Shown here piece after piece: positions 39,311-55,896 of a stretch of 64,000 nucleotides of DNA. The DNA is taken from the NCBI GenBank assembly GCA_047602425.1, contig JASGHG010000001.1:2976001-3040000 (forward strand), written 5' to 3'. The position numbers were made by a program, and so were the translations under genes. This DNA is from Nibricoccus sp. (GTDB lineage: Bacteria > Verrucomicrobiota > Verrucomicrobiia > Opitutales > Opitutaceae). The number at the start of each line of letters is the position of its first letter. The stretch's first letter is position 1. The notes beneath the pieces are model-generated. The model worked only from the letters and a program-made list of their open reading frames with translations. It made no database searches and was not told the DNA's origin.

Positions 39311-39802
39311 ATGAGAGCCGAAAAACAATATTTGATCAGTGAGGTCGAGACCCACCTCAAGAAATCCGACTACGTCATCCTCGCGAACTTTTCCAAAGTC
39401 ACCGTTTCTGACGTCGCCGAACTCCGCAACAAACTCGCTGCTGAAAAAGCCGAGTTCCACGTCGTCAAGAACAGCTCGTTCCGCGTCGCGGCCAAGGCCC
39501 TCGGCCTGCCCGATCTCGGTACGCTGACTGGCCCGACCGCCGTCGTCGTCGGTGGCAAAAACCCCGCTGGCGTTGCGAAGATCCTCAAAAAGTTCATGGA
39601 GGAAAAGCAGAAGCTCGAAGTGAAGATTGGCGTGATCGAAAAGAAAGCGATCAGCGCCGCCGACCTCTCCAAGATGGCCGATCTTCCTTCGATGGAAGCC
39701 CTCCGCTCCCAGCTGCTCGGCCTGTTCTCGCAGAACGCCGCCGCCTTCGTCCGCGTCCTCGACGCGAAAGTCAAAAAAGAGCAACCCGCTCCCGCCGCCT
39801 AA
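39311..39802 (+). CDS. rplJ: 50S ribosomal protein L10
   Basis: VVKN, LTGPTA; synteny. Confidence 0.95.
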   Translation: MRAEKQYLISEVETHLKKSDYVILANFSKVTVSDVAELRNKLAAEKAEFHVVKNSSFRVAAKALGLPDLGTLTGPTAVVVGGKNPAGVAKILKKFMEEKQKLEVKIGVIEKKAISAADLSKMADLPSMEALRSQLLGLFSQNAAAFVRVLDAKVKKEQPAPAA

Positions 39803-39942
39803 CCAACTTAAACCCTTTTCGAAGGCGTGGCGTCCATCGGCGCGTCTTCGGATCCCAACCATCCACCGAGGTCCTGACTAGAAGATACGTCTTTTAAACG
39901 CGTTTCACTCCCGAAACCGCTAGCCACCTCAAGGAGAAAATC

Positions 39943-40329
39943 ATGAGCACCATCACTAAAGACCAAGTCATCGAGTGGCTGTCCAGCCAGTCGGTCATCG
40001 ACCTAGCCGCCCTTGTTAAAGACCTCGAAGGCAAGTGGGGCGTTTCCGCCGCCGCTGCCGTTGCCGTCGCCGCTCCTGGCGCCGCCGCCGCTGGCGCAGC
40101 TCCCGCTGCCGAAGCGCAGACCGAGTTCACCGTTATCCTCAAGGAAAGCGGCGCGAACAAGATCGGCGTCATCAAGGAAGTCCGTGCCATCACCGGCTTG
40201 GGCCTCAAGGAAGCCAAAGACCTCGTCGAAGGCGCACCGAAGCCCGTCAAGGAAAACGCCCCGAAAGCCGAAGCCGAAGAAATCAAGAAGAAGCTCGAGG
40301 CTGCCGGCGCCAAGGTCGAACTCAAGTAA
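39943..40329 (+). CDS. rplL: 50S ribosomal protein L7/L12
   Basis: [24 protein letters not shown]. Confidence 0.98.
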   Translation: MSTITKDQVIEWLSSQSVIDLAALVKDLEGKWGVSAAAAVAVAAPGAAAAGAAPAAEAQTEFTVILKESGANKIGVIKEVRAITGLGLKEAKDLVEGAPKPVKENAPKAEAEEIKKKLEAAGAKVELK

Positions 40330-40368
40330 GCGCTTGGCGATCAACGTCGCACACCGTTTTAACTTTTC

Positions 40369-40411
40369 AGGACAGGCCGTGTCTCTACGCGGCCTGTCCT
40401 TTGCCTTTTTT
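40369..40411 (+). terminator. terminator/attenuator between rplL and rpoB
   Basis: AGGACAGGCCGTGT-ctct-ACGCGGCCTGTCCT followed by a T-rich tail. Confidence 0.7.
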
Positions 40412-40528
40412 CAATTTTGTTCTTTGTTTGTTAACTCAGCCCCTGCTGGCCACGACCAAAACAGCAACCCGGCTGAACTTTTCGCGCTCCCGCGCACACG
40501 CTTTTCACTCAATTAACCGGGAACTCCC

Positions 40529-43500
40529 ATGTCTGATCGCGCAAACTTCGGTAAACTCCGTGAAGTCATCCAACCGCCAAATCTGATCGAAATTCAGATC
40601 ACGTCCTACCTGGACTTTTTGCAGAAAGGCGTTCCAGAAAAGCAGCGCAAGCCGCAAGGTCTTGAAGCCGTCTTCAAGGAAGTTTTCCCGATCGAATCCT
40701 ACGACGGACGTCTCGTCCTCGAGTACGTTTCCTACACCCTCGGCGAGCCCAAGAACACCGAGATCGAGTGTATCCGTGAAGGCATTACCTACTCGGTTCC
40801 CCTCTATGTGAAGCTCCGCCTCCGCGAAGAGGACTTCATCAAGGACGAGGAAATCTACATGGGCGAAATCCCCATGGTTACGGAGCGTGGTTCGTTCATC
40901 ATCAATGGCGCCGAGCGCGTCGTTGTTTCCCAGCTCCATCGTTCCCCCGGCATCGCGTTCGAAGTCACTCCGCACCCGAACGGCAAGCCGCTTCATTCTT
41001 TCCGCATCATCCCCGACCGCGGCACCTGGCTCGAAGTGCAGTTCGACAACAACGACCTGCTCTACGTCTACCTCGACCGCCGTCGTCGTCGCCGCAAGTT
41101 CCTCATCACGACCTTGCTTCGTTCGATTGGTTATAGCTCCGACATCGATATCCTCAATCTCTTCTACGAGATCAAGGACCTCAAAGTTTCCAAGGCCCTC
41201 GACATGGAAAACGTGTCGACCCTCGTGCTCGTTGAAGACGCCATCGACGCCCAGAAGGGTGTCGTGCTCGCCCGTGCGTTCGAACCCCTGACCAAGGCCG
41301 TCGTCCGCACCTTCGAGAAGCACGACATCACTACGATCCGCGTGATCGACACCGCGGTCGACGAAGGCGCCATCATCCGCGCCCTCAAGAAAGATCCGAC
41401 TCGCAACGAAGAGGAAGCGCTGAAGGAAATTTACAAGCGCCTCCGCCCAGGCGAACCACCGACCACCGCCAACGCCAAGGCGCTCCTCAAGCGTCTGTTC
41501 TTCGATCCGAAGCGTTACGATCTCGGTCGTGTCGGCCGCTACAAGATTAACCAGAAGCTTGGTCTAAAGGTCGATATCGAACAACGCATTCTCGAGAGCG
41601 GTGATGTTACCGCCGCCACCAAGTACCTCGTTCGGTTGAAGAAGGGTGAGGGCGTGGTCGACGACATCGATCACCTCGGCTCCCGCCGCGTCCGTACCGT
41701 CGGCGAACTGCTCGCCAACCAGTGTCGCGTCGGCCTCAGCCGCACCGAGCGTCTCGTTCGCGAACGCATGACGATGTATGACCAGAGCGTTGATTCGATC
41801 ACGCCGCAAAAGCTGATTAACCCAAAGGCTCTCACGACCGTCATCCGCGACTTCTTTGCCCGTTCGCAGCTGTCGCAGTTCATGGACCAGATCAACCCGC
41901 TCGCCGAGGTCACGCACAAGCGTCGTCTCTCCGCCCTCGGGCCTGGCGGTCTTAACCGCGAGCGCGCTGGCTTTGAAGTGCGCGACGTTCATCCGTCGCA
42001 CTACGGTCGCATTTGCCCGATTGAAACGCCTGAAGGTCCGAACATCGGCCTTATCAACTCCCTCTCGACCTACGCCCGCGTCAACGAATTCGGCTTCATC
42101 GAAACGCCTTACCGCGTGTGCAAGGAAGGTCGCGTCACCGACAAGATCGAATACCTCACTGCCGACCAGGAAGAAGGCAAGATCATCGCCCAGGCCAACT
42201 CAGAGCTCGACGAAAAGAATCATTTTGTCGGTAAGGTAACGGTTCGTCAGCAGGGCAACTTCCTCGAAGTTCCCGCCGCCGACGTCAACCTGATGGACGT
42301 TTCGCCCAAGCAGGTCATTTCGATCGCGGCCGGCATGATTCCGTTCCTTGAGCACGACGACGCCAACCGCGCGTTGATGGGCTCGAACATGCAACGCCAA
42401 GGCGTGCCGCTCCTTCAAGCCGAAGCTCCTTTCGTGGGAACCGGCATCGAGGAGCGTGTGGCCCGCGACTCCAAGATCGTCGTCGTCGCCGACGAAGCTG
42501 GTGTTGTCGCCTCCGCCGATGCCAAACGCATCGTTATCACCAAAGACGGCGAGCTCCCGAAGAATTTCGACAAGAGCCCGAAGAGCGATCCCAAGAGCCA
42601 CGTATTCGTTTACGAGCTCCGCAAGTTCATGCGCTCGAACGCCGGCACCTGCTTCAATCAGCGCCCCATCGTCAAGAAGGGCCAGAAGATCAAGGCCGGT
42701 GAAATCCTCGCCGACGGTCCTTGCACCGACAAGGGCGAGATGGCTCTCGGCCGCAACGTGCTCGTCGCGTTCATGCCTTGGAACGGTTACAACTTCGAAG
42801 ACGCCATCCTGATCTCCGAGAAAGTTCTCAAGGAAGACATCTTCACCTCGATCCACATTCAGGAATTCGAGGTCACCGCCCGCGACACCAAGCTCGGGCC
42901 TGAGGAAATCACGCGCGACATTCCGAACGTCGGTGAAGAGGCGCTCAAGAACCTCGATCATAACGGCGTCATCCGCGTCGGTGCCGAGGTCAAACCCGGC
43001 GATATTCTCGTCGGTAAGATCACGCCGAAGTCGGAAACCGAACTCGCTCCCGAAGAAAAGCTGCTCCGCGCCATCTTCGGTGAGAAAGCTGCCGACGTTA
43101 AGGACACCTCGCTCGTGGTTCCCTCCGGCGTCACCGGTATCATCATGGATGTGAAGGTCTCCAGCCGTATCGATTTCGAGAAGGAGAAACTCTCTCCCTC
43201 CGATCGCCGCCGCCAGACCAAGCAGATCCAGGAAGATTACAAAACTCAGATGGACAAGTTGCGCGAAGGACTCACCGAGGCCCTCTCCAACATCCTCCTC
43301 GGCGAAAAAATTCCGCTCGATGTCGTCAACGGTCAGTCCGGCGAAATCATCATCCCCGCCAACCGCAAGATCACCAAGACGCTCCTCCGCAAGCTCGCCG
43401 CCGTCTCCAAGCACGTCGAGATCGACCCGTCCCCGGTTCGCATCAAGATCATGGAGATCATCGGGTCCTACCAATCGAAGTTCGACGAACTCGAACAAGA

Positions 43501-44305
43501 TCGCGAGCGCAAGATCTCCGGCATCGAAGCCGGTGAAGACGCTGGCAACGGCGCCATCAAGCAGGTCAAGGTCTACGTCGCCACCAAGGAAAAACTCCAG
43601 GTTGGTGACAAGATGGCCGGCCGCCACGGTAACAAGGGCGTCGTCGCCAAGATCGTTCCCGAGGAAGATATGCCGTTCCTTCCGGACGGCACTCCGATCG
43701 AAATCTGCCTCAATCCGCTGGGCGTGCCTTCCCGCATGAACGTCGGTCAGGTTCTCGAAACGCACCTTGGTTGGGCCTGCAAAAAGCTCGGCCTCAAGGT
43801 TGCGACGCCGGTGTTCGACGGAATTCCTGAAAAGAAAGTCCGTGAATACCTCAAGGACGCCAAACTACCCAGTACCGGCAAGAGCCCGCTCTTCGACGGA
43901 CGCACGGGTGAGAAGGTCGATCAAGAGGTCGTTGTTGGCTACATCTACATGATGAAGCTGAACCATCTCGTCTCCCACAAGATCCACGCCCGCGCCGTCG
44001 GTCCGTACTCGCTCGTCACGCAGCAGCCGCTGGGTGGCAAGGCCCAGTACGGCGGTCAGCGCTTCGGCGAAATGGAAGTGTGGGCGCTCGAAGCCTATGG
44101 CGCGGCGCACACCCTCCAGGAGCTCCTCACCGTCAAGTCCGACGACGTCCAGGGACGCACCAAGATCTACGAATCGCTCGTCAAGGGCGACAACACGCTG
44201 ATCGCCGGCACGCCGGAATCGTTCAACGTCTTGATCAAGGAAATCCAGTCCCTCGGCCTCGACATCAAGCTCAACAAGCGCGACGCGCTGGGCTTCGGCG
44301 CCTAA
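40529..44305 (+). CDS. rpoB: RNA polymerase beta subunit
   Basis: [35 protein letters not shown]. Confidence 0.99.
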   Translation: MSDRANFGKLREVIQPPNLIEIQITSYLDFLQKGVPEKQRKPQGLEAVFKEVFPIESYDGRLVLEYVSYTLGEPKNTEIECIREGITYSVPLYVKLRLREEDFIKDEEIYMGEIPMVTERGSFIINGAERVVVSQLHRSPGIAFEVTPHPNGKPLHSFRIIPDRGTWLEVQFDNNDLLYVYLDRRRRRRKFLITTLLRSIGYSSDIDILNLFYEIKDLKVSKALDMENVSTLVLVEDAIDAQKGVVLARAFEPLTKAVVRTFEKHDITTIRVIDTAVDEGAIIRALKKDPTRNEEEALKEIYKRLRPGEPPTTANAKALLKRLFFDPKRYDLGRVGRYKINQKLGLKVDIEQRILESGDVTAATKYLVRLKKGEGVVDDIDHLGSRRVRTVGELLANQCRVGLSRTERLVRERMTMYDQSVDSITPQKLINPKALTTVIRDFFARSQLSQFMDQINPLAEVTHKRRLSALGPGGLNRERAGFEVRDVHPSHYGRICPIETPEGPNIGLINSLSTYARVNEFGFIETPYRVCKEGRVTDKIEYLTADQEEGKIIAQANSELDEKNHFVGKVTVRQQGNFLEVPAADVNLMDVSPKQVISIAAGMIPFLEHDDANRALMGSNMQRQGVPLLQAEAPFVGTGIEERVARDSKIVVVADEAGVVASADAKRIVITKDGELPKNFDKSPKSDPKSHVFVYELRKFMRSNAGTCFNQRPIVKKGQKIKAGEILADGPCTDKGEMALGRNVLVAFMPWNGYNFEDAILISEKVLKEDIFTSIHIQEFEVTARDTKLGPEEITRDIPNVGEEALKNLDHNGVIRVGAEVKPGDILVGKITPKSETELAPEEKLLRAIFGEKAADVKDTSLVVPSGVTGIIMDVKVSSRIDFEKEKLSPSDRRRQTKQIQEDYKTQMDKLREGLTEALSNILLGEKIPLDVVNGQSGEIIIPANRKITKTLLRKLAAVSKHVEIDPSPVRIKIMEIIGSYQSKFDELEQDRERKISGIEAGEDAGNGAIKQVKVYVATKEKLQVGDKMAGRHGNKGVVAKIVPEEDMPFLPDGTPIEICLNPLGVPSRMNVGQVLETHLGWACKKLGLKVATPVFDGIPEKKVREYLKDAKLPSTGKSPLFDGRTGEKVDQEVVVGYIYMMKLNHLVSHKIHARAVGPYSLVTQQPLGGKAQYGGQRFGEMEVWALEAYGAAHTLQELLTVKSDDVQGRTKIYESLVKGDNTLIAGTPESFNVLIKEIQSLGLDIKLNKRDALGFGA

Positions 44306-44355
44306 TCCGCCAAACCACGCGAACCCTTTAACAAAACATTCAGGGAAATATCTCA

Positions 44356-48508
<4,153 letters not shown>

Positions 48509-48555
48509 GAACTGATTTCTCGACCCACAGAAGCCGTTCGATCCAAACAAACTTC

Positions 48556-48591
48556 AAAGCCGTGAGCCAAAACTCACGGCTTTTTCATTTT
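48556..48591 (+). terminator. rpoC terminator
   Basis: AAAGCCGTGAG-ccaaaa-CTCACGGCTTT followed by T-rich sequence. Confidence 0.8.
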
Positions 48592-48689
48592 ATTACCGAA
48601 GAAAAAGCATGCCTTCAGTTTCCAAAATTTACGTCAATTGGGTAAAATTTTCGCTTGCAATTTCTCCTGAAAAAAAGAGTCTTTAATTC

Positions 48690-48767
48690 CCTCCCGCCAA
48701 AAACCGCAACGTAGAGCTTAGCTCCGTTCGGTTTAATCGCCCGGCCTCGTGCCGGGCGATTTTTTTT
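48690..48767 (+). ncRNA. candidate small RNA (bulged hairpin plus intrinsic terminator)
   Basis: AAACCG.AACG..GAGC-tta-GCTC-CGTT-CGGTTT, then AATCGCCCGGC-ctcgt-GCCGGGCGATT and a T-run; TTGCAA upstream. Confidence 0.4.
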
Positions 48768-49774
48768 GCCCATTTTACTAACGCCCCAAGAAGTGGTTAT
48801 GACAATACGGGGTGTCCGTCATTCACGAAATTCGACCACAAAACGCTTGGCCTAAACTTCGTTACACCGGGTCAAAATCGTGTGCTGCAGAAGGCTGACG
48901 GCCTCTTAGACAAATTTCTTCGGAGCTATTTTGTGCTCCGCCTCTCGTTTGGCCCGTGAATATGCCTCGGTTAAAGGCAAAGTTTAGCCAGGGAAGAATC
49001 GTCGGACCGACCAATGACGCTTAGCGTTTACGATATTCTTTTTGGACTGGCGCCTTTCGTCCAGCGATCCGCGCTCAAAAATGAATTATCGAGTCAAATG
49101 GTCGCCTGGGATAATTGGCCCAAGTCTCGGTTTGTTTTAACTCAGCTTAAAATAGCGGTAATAAAAGGTTAGTGAATTCCCGGGATTCGCAACATGCTTG
49201 GTTCTTTCATGTAGTTTCTGTTTTTCCTTGGCAGAGGCACGGGCCGCGTCTGCGGCGCGAAATTCCCCTGGGAAACAATCGATTTCTTCCGTTGGGTCAC
49301 GCGTGCGTTCAGGAATACTTGGATGACGAACTTTTATATAGAGGTAATTGCCGGGTGAAATCGGGAGCCTTGTTTGGAGGAATTGATGCCCGAGTCCGCA
49401 CAGGCCTCTTTGGGCATGGTTGATTTTTGGGGAAAGCGGTTCGCGTCGTCACCTTAGCCGGATTGCCTTGATGAGCGCACGGGAACGAGGGGAGTAAAAC
49501 GAGTATGTTTGTTTTTTAGGCAGCTTCTCGGTGAAACGTTTTTCCGTTCGTTATGACGAGATTGAGCTGCAAATACGTTTCTTTTTCAGAGGAGAAAGAG
49601 AAGGGCAGGGGATTTGGGCTTGCATAGAGGATATGGGACATGGTGTTCTGACCCTCCCTATTTTTCGCTCAGTCTTGCGCGTTGTCTGCTCCCGGGTGGA
49701 TGACGCTTTTATTACCGAAAATTCGCGACGACCTCGCCGAATCTTCACGCAGTTTACTTTTCTCGAAAAAGTGC

Positions 49775-49802
49775 TTGCCGACAATTTGGCGGCTGGTACT
49801 TT
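49775..49802 (+). promoter_or_regulatory. putative rpsL (str) promoter
   Basis: TTGCCG-16 bp-TACTTT with extended -10 TG. Confidence 0.45.
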
Positions 49803-49837
49803 TCGCGTCTTTTCCTCATTTCAGACCCTTTTCCGAT

Positions 49838-50218
49838 ATGCCGACCATCAATCAACTCGTTCGCAAAGGCCGCCGCAAGGTGACGGCCAAGTCCAAGTCT
49901 CCGGCCTTGGCTGGCAACCCCTTCCGTCGTGGCGTTTGCGTGCAGGTCATGACCCGCACGCCCAAGAAGCCGAACTCCGCCATCCGTAAGGTCGCGAAGG
50001 TTCGTCTCACGAACGGCAACGAGGTGATCTCCTACATCCCTGACGAAGGTCACAACCTCCAGGAGCACTCGATCGTGCTCGTACGTGGTGGCCGTGTTAA
50101 GGATCTCCCCGGCGTTCGTTACCATATCGTCCGCGGTACGCTCGACGCCACCGGTGTTGAGAAACGTCGTCGCTCCCGTTCCAAGTACGGCGTCAAACGC
50201 CCGAAGGCCGCCAAGTAA
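49838..50218 (+). CDS. rpsL: 30S ribosomal protein S12
   Basis: [27 protein letters not shown]. Confidence 0.99.
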   Translation: MPTINQLVRKGRRKVTAKSKSPALAGNPFRRGVCVQVMTRTPKKPNSAIRKVAKVRLTNGNEVISYIPDEGHNLQEHSIVLVRGGRVKDLPGVRYHIVRGTLDATGVEKRRRSRSKYGVKRPKAAK

Positions 50219-50250
50219 AAACCGTTCTTTTTAATTAATCCTATTTCGTC

Positions 50251-50724
50251 ATGTCACGCCGCCACAGAGCCGAAAAACGTCAAGTTGTCCCCGACATTCG
50301 CTACAGCAGCCCGCTCGTAGCCCATCTCGTCAATGTCATCATGAAGAGCGGCAAGAAGAACCTTGCCCAGCGCATCGTTTACGGTGCCTTCGAGAAGGTC
50401 TCTGAGAAACTCGGCAAGGGCGACCCGGTCGACCTGCTGATTGGCGCGCTGGAAAACGCCCGCCCCCGCCTTGAAGTCAAGAGCCGCCGCGTTGGTGGTG
50501 CGACCTATCAAGTCCCGGTTGAAATTTCGTACGAGCGTCAGGAAAGCCTCGCGCTCCGTTGGATCGTTGACGCTGCTGGTTCCCGCAAGGGCGTGCCGAT
50601 GCGCGAAGCTCTCGCCGCCGAAATCGTCGATGCCTATAACAATACGGGCACCGTGGTGAAGAAGAAGGAAGATACCCACAAGATGGCCCAGGCCAATCGC
50701 GCCTTCGCCCACCTTCGCTGGTAA
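50251..50724 (+). CDS. rpsG: 30S ribosomal protein S7
   Basis: [19 protein letters not shown]. Confidence 0.99.
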   Translation: MSRRHRAEKRQVVPDIRYSSPLVAHLVNVIMKSGKKNLAQRIVYGAFEKVSEKLGKGDPVDLLIGALENARPRLEVKSRRVGGATYQVPVEISYERQESLALRWIVDAAGSRKGVPMREALAAEIVDAYNNTGTVVKKKEDTHKMAQANRAFAHLRW

Positions 50725-50748
50725 CCCTCAACGCCGGTCCCATCCAAC

Positions 50749-52944
50749 ATGTCCGACGCCGCCACACCTACTATTACTGTCGTTACCGACAAGGCCAAGA
50801 TTTCCTCGGTCAACGCCAAGGATCGTCCGTTCCCGCTCGAATGGACGCGCAACATTGGCATTGCCGCGCATATTGACGCCGGCAAGACCACCTGCACCGA
50901 GCGCATTCTTTTCTACTCGGGCGCCGTCCACAAGATGGGCGAAGTGCACGAAGGCACCACCGTCACCGACTGGATGGAACAGGAGCGCGAGCGTGGTATC
51001 ACGATTACCGCCGCCGCCATTTCCTGCGCTTGGAACTCCTCGTGCGGTCCTTGGAAAGGCATCAAGCAACGTATCAACATCATTGATACTCCCGGACACG
51101 TTGACTTCACCGCTGAAGTCGAACGCTCCCTCCGTGTGCTCGACGGCGCGGTCGCCGTTTTCTGCGCCGTTGCCGGTGTGCAGCCTCAGTCTGAAACCGT
51201 TTGGCGCCAGGCCAACAAGTACCGCGTTCCCCGCCTCGCGTTCATCAACAAGATGGACCGCGTTGGCGCCGACTTCTTCCGCGCTGTCTCCGAAATGCGC
51301 GAAAAGCTCAAGGCCAACGCTCATCCTCTTTTCATTCCGATCGGCAAAGAAGAAAACTTCTCCGGTGTGGTCGATCTTGTGCAGAACGTCGCTTATTCCT
51401 TCGCGGAAGACCCGGCCGATGTCCTTGGTCTTAACCCCAAGACGATGCCGATTCCGGACGACATGGCTGCGCAGGCCAAGGAATACCGCGACAAGCTGAT
51501 CGAAGCCGTTTCCGATTTCGACGACGTCATTGCCGAAAAATATCTCGGTGGCGAAGAAATCAGCGTTAACGAGCTCATGCTTGGCGTCCGCAAGGCCACC
51601 ATTTCGCTCAAGTTCACGGGCGTCATTCCTGGTTCTGCCTTCAAGAAGAAGGGCGTTCAGCGCCTCCTTGATTGCGTCGTCAACTACCTCCCAAGCCCGA
51701 TCGACGTCCCTCCGATGAAGGGTCAAGATAGCGATGGCAAGGAAGTGGAAGCCGTTGTCAGCGATTCCGCCAAGCTTGCCGGCCTCGCCTTCAAGCTTTG
51801 GAACGATCCTTTCGTCGGCCGCCTGGTTTTCTACCGCGTTTACACCGGCCAGATCAAGAAGGGCATGACCCTCTACAATCCGCGCACCCGCCGCACTGAG
51901 CGCCTCAGCCGCCTCGTGCTCATGCGCGCCGTTGATCGCGAAGAAATCGAACTCGCTTACGCGGGCGACATCTGCGCGCTCGTCGGTATCAAGGACGTCA
52001 TCACCGGCGACACGCTGTGCGACGAAGATTTCGACATCCGTCTTGAACCACCGTCCTTCCCCGAGCCTGTTATCTCGATGTCCATCGAGCCAAACTCGAA
52101 GGGCGATCAGGAAAAGATGGGCACCGCTCTTCAGCGTCTCGTGGCGGAAGATCCGACCCTCCGCGTCAAGACCGATCCGGACACCGGCCAAACCATTCTC
52201 GCCGGCATGGGCGAACTCCACCTCGACATCATCCGCGACCGCATGAAGCGCGAGTTCAAGGTTGAGGCGACCGCGGGCAAACCGCAGATCGCTTACCGCG
52301 AAACCATTTCCAAGCCTGCTGACGGTGAAGGTAAATTCATCCGCCAGTCCGGTGGTAAAGGTCAGTACGGCCACGTCGTGGTCAAACTCGAACCAAACGA
52401 AAAGGGCAAAGGCGTCGAAGTCATCAACGAAATCGTTGGCGGCGTCATCCCGAAGGAATTCATCAAGCCCGCGACCGAAGGTATTCTTGAAGGTGCGAAC
52501 AACGGTGTCGTTGCCGGATATCCGGTGGTCGACGTCAAGGTGCGCATTGTCGACGGTTCCTTCCACGAAGTCGACTCGTCGGAACTCGCGTTTAAGATGG
52601 CTGGTATCTTCGGCTTCAAGGAAGCGATGAAGAAGGCCAATCCGATCCTCCTTGAACCCATCATGGGCGTCGAAGTCACCACGCCTGAAGATTACCAAGG
52701 CGATCTCATGGGCGACATCAACCGTCGTCGTGGCACCATCCAAGGCATCGAAAACAAGGGCGGCGCCTGCATCATCAACGCAGCCGTTCCGCTCGAAATG
52801 CTCTTCGGCTACGTCACCGACATTCGTTCTCTCTCGAAGGGCCGTGCCAGCGCCGGCATCACGCCGTCGCACTTCGAACAAGTTCCAAACTCCCTCCTCG
52901 CCAAGATCGTCGAGACTTCCTCGAAGGCTCCGGCTCGCAGCTAA
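50749..52944 (+). CDS. fusA: elongation factor G
   Basis: AHIDAGKTT, RGITI, DTPGHVDF, GMGELHL. Confidence 0.99.
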   Translation: MSDAATPTITVVTDKAKISSVNAKDRPFPLEWTRNIGIAAHIDAGKTTCTERILFYSGAVHKMGEVHEGTTVTDWMEQERERGITITAAAISCAWNSSCGPWKGIKQRINIIDTPGHVDFTAEVERSLRVLDGAVAVFCAVAGVQPQSETVWRQANKYRVPRLAFINKMDRVGADFFRAVSEMREKLKANAHPLFIPIGKEENFSGVVDLVQNVAYSFAEDPADVLGLNPKTMPIPDDMAAQAKEYRDKLIEAVSDFDDVIAEKYLGGEEISVNELMLGVRKATISLKFTGVIPGSAFKKKGVQRLLDCVVNYLPSPIDVPPMKGQDSDGKEVEAVVSDSAKLAGLAFKLWNDPFVGRLVFYRVYTGQIKKGMTLYNPRTRRTERLSRLVLMRAVDREEIELAYAGDICALVGIKDVITGDTLCDEDFDIRLEPPSFPEPVISMSIEPNSKGDQEKMGTALQRLVAEDPTLRVKTDPDTGQTILAGMGELHLDIIRDRMKREFKVEATAGKPQIAYRETISKPADGEGKFIRQSGGKGQYGHVVVKLEPNEKGKGVEVINEIVGGVIPKEFIKPATEGILEGANNGVVAGYPVVDVKVRIVDGSFHEVDSSELAFKMAGIFGFKEAMKKANPILLEPIMGVEVTTPEDYQGDLMGDINRRRGTIQGIENKGGACIINAAVPLEMLFGYVTDIRSLSKGRASAGITPSHFEQVPNSLLAKIVETSSKAPARS

Positions 52945-52965
52945 ACCCTCGTTCTTTTTATCGCC

Positions 52966-53274
52966 ATGAAAGGCCAACGCATTCGCATCAAACTCCAAGG
53001 CTTCGACTATCGCGTGATCGACCAGTCCGCTTCGGAGATTGTCGAGACCGCCAAGCGCTCCGGCGCCCGCGTGTCCGGCCCGATCCCGCTCCCGACCCGC
53101 GTCGAGAAGCTCTCGGTCAACCGCTCGCCGCACGTCGACAAGAAGTCGATGGAGCAGTTCGAGACCCGCACGCACAAGCGTCTCATCGACATTATCGAAC
53201 CCACCGCCCAGACCGTGGACGAGCTCAAGAAGCTCAACCTCCCGTCCGGCGTCGACATCACCATCAACGTCTAA
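52966..53274 (+). CDS. rpsJ: 30S ribosomal protein S10
   Basis: [16 protein letters not shown]. Confidence 0.99.
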   Translation: MKGQRIRIKLQGFDYRVIDQSASEIVETAKRSGARVSGPIPLPTRVEKLSVNRSPHVDKKSMEQFETRTHKRLIDIIEPTAQTVDELKKLNLPSGVDITINV

Positions 53275-53398
53275 CACGCACCCATTTTAGTATCCTAACA
53301 GTTCATACATAGCAGTTGCTCATGTGCGCCCCGCGCACCGCTGAGTCCCTCGCTAATGTAGGTACCAAACGGAAAACCTTCCACCTACCACTTAGCCC

Positions 53399-54046
53399 AT
53401 GACCTCTACGCTCCTAGGCAAAAAAATCGGAATGACGCAGGTCTACGACGCTCAAAACGTCCTAGTTCCCGTCACCGTGGTTGAAGCCGGTCCCTGCCCG
53501 GTCGTCCAAGTCAAGACGACCCAGACCGACGGCTACAACGCCGTTCAACTCGGCTTCTCCAAGAAAAAGGAAAAGAACACCGCGAAGGCCGAACAGGCTC
53601 ACGCCAAAAAGGCCGGTCTCGAAGAGACGCCCCGCGTGATCAGCGAACTTCGCTTCGATGGCGAGCCCACCCTCAAGGTTGGCGATGTCGTAACGGTTTC
53701 GGTTTTCGCCGAAGGCCAGTTCGTCGACGTCATCGGCATCACCAAGGGCAAAGGCTTCCAAGGTGTCGTCCGCCGCTTCCGCGTCGGCGGCGGTCCCGCC
53801 TCCCACGGTTCGATGTTCCACCGCCGCATCGGCGCCATCGGTCAACGCCAGACTCCTGGCCGCACCTGGCGCAACCAGAAAATGCCCGGTCACATGGGCA
53901 GCGAAAAACGCACCGTGCAGAATCTCCGCATCGTGAAGATTCTCCCGGAAAAGAACCTCATCCTCGTGAAGGGTGCGATCCCCGGCGCCAACGGCGACGA
54001 CGTCATCGTCCGCTCCGCCATCAAGGGTCAGCCCAAAAAAGCCTAA
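53399..54046 (+). CDS. rplC: 50S ribosomal protein L3
   Basis: GKKIGMTQ, KGKGFQG. Confidence 0.98.
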   Translation: MTSTLLGKKIGMTQVYDAQNVLVPVTVVEAGPCPVVQVKTTQTDGYNAVQLGFSKKKEKNTAKAEQAHAKKAGLEETPRVISELRFDGEPTLKVGDVVTVSVFAEGQFVDVIGITKGKGFQGVVRRFRVGGGPASHGSMFHRRIGAIGQRQTPGRTWRNQKMPGHMGSEKRTVQNLRIVKILPEKNLILVKGAIPGANGDDVIVRSAIKGQPKKA

Positions 54047-54066
54047 CCACCCGGAGGAACTAGCAA

Positions 54067-54702
54067 ATGAAACTTAAAGTTTTCACATCCGACGGCACGT
54101 CCTCGAGCGAACAAGATTTCGCCGGATTCCCGACCTTCGAAGGCGATCGTGGCCTTCAGGCAGTCAAGGAAGTCATCGTCGCCATCAACGCCAACAACCG
54201 TCTCGGCACGCATTCCACCAAGACCCGCGGCGAAGTCCGCGGCGGTGGCAAGAAGCCCTGGAAGCAAAAGGGCACCGGTCGCGCCCGCGCCGGCTCCATC
54301 CGCTCGCCCCTTTGGGGTGGTGGTGGCGTCGTGTTCGGCCCGAAGCCCCGCGATTATTCCAAGAAGATCAATTCCAAGGTCAAAGCCCTCGCTTTCAGCC
54401 GCGCGCTCTTTGATCGCGCCACTGCAGGTGACATCGATGTCATTGAAAGCTTCGTTTCTTCCACGGCCAAAACCAAGGAAGTGAACCAAGTGATCGGTCG
54501 CATCGCCCCGAAGGGCAAGGTCCTCGTCGTCGACGCTGCCTTCGCTCCCGAAGCCACCCGCGCCGCGCGCAACATCGAACGCGTCAGCATGCAGGAAGCG
54601 TCCAAGCTCAACACCCTCGACCTGGCCCAGTACCAGAAGATCATCGTCTCCTCGGTCGCCCTCGAGAAAATCATCGCCCGCGTCAACGGAGGTCAGTCAT
54701 GA
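54067..54702 (+). CDS. rplD: 50S ribosomal protein L4
   Basis: KPWKQKGTGRARAG. Confidence 0.98.
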   Translation: MKLKVFTSDGTSSSEQDFAGFPTFEGDRGLQAVKEVIVAINANNRLGTHSTKTRGEVRGGGKKPWKQKGTGRARAGSIRSPLWGGGGVVFGPKPRDYSKKINSKVKALAFSRALFDRATAGDIDVIESFVSSTAKTKEVNQVIGRIAPKGKVLVVDAAFAPEATRAARNIERVSMQEASKLNTLDLAQYQKIIVSSVALEKIIARVNGGQS

Positions 54703-54983
54703 ACAAAACCGACAAAGTACTGAAGCTCGTCCGTCTCACGGAAAAATCGAACAAGCTCTCGGCCGAACTCGGCCAGTACACGTTCGAAGTTTTCAAGGAC
54801 GCCAACAAGCACTCCATCGCCGCAGCGGTTGAAAAGGCCTTCAAGGTCACCGTCACCCGCGTTAACACGCAAAATTACCGCGGCAAAAACAAACGCAGCC
54901 GCCAGGGCCAGCCCAGCACGACCTCCGACTACAAGAAGGCGATCGTCACGCTCAAGGCCGGCGACAAGATCGAACTCGTCTAA
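54699..54983 (+). CDS. rplW: 50S ribosomal protein L23
   Basis: TEKS, YKKAIVTL. Confidence 0.96.
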   Translation: MNKTDKVLKLVRLTEKSNKLSAELGQYTFEVFKDANKHSIAAAVEKAFKVTVTRVNTQNYRGKNKRSRQGQPSTTSDYKKAIVTLKAGDKIELV

Positions 54984-55008
54984 CCGACGTCTACCGGAAA
55001 ATACCAAC

Positions 55009-55878
<870 letters not shown>

Positions 55879-55896
55879 CCCCGAACCTTTCGCACC

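Noticed and set aside
49172..49989. Short ORFs in the rpoC-rpsL gap (49172-49423, 49531-49989)
   Set aside because: Atypical composition, no motifs, and one overlaps rpsL out of frame.
50728..53277. 849-aa - strand ORF, and similar long antisense ORFs over tuf, rpoB, rpoC, htpX (27748-29652) and the TPR gene
   Set aside because: Antisense shadows of strongly codon-biased genes; no protein motifs.
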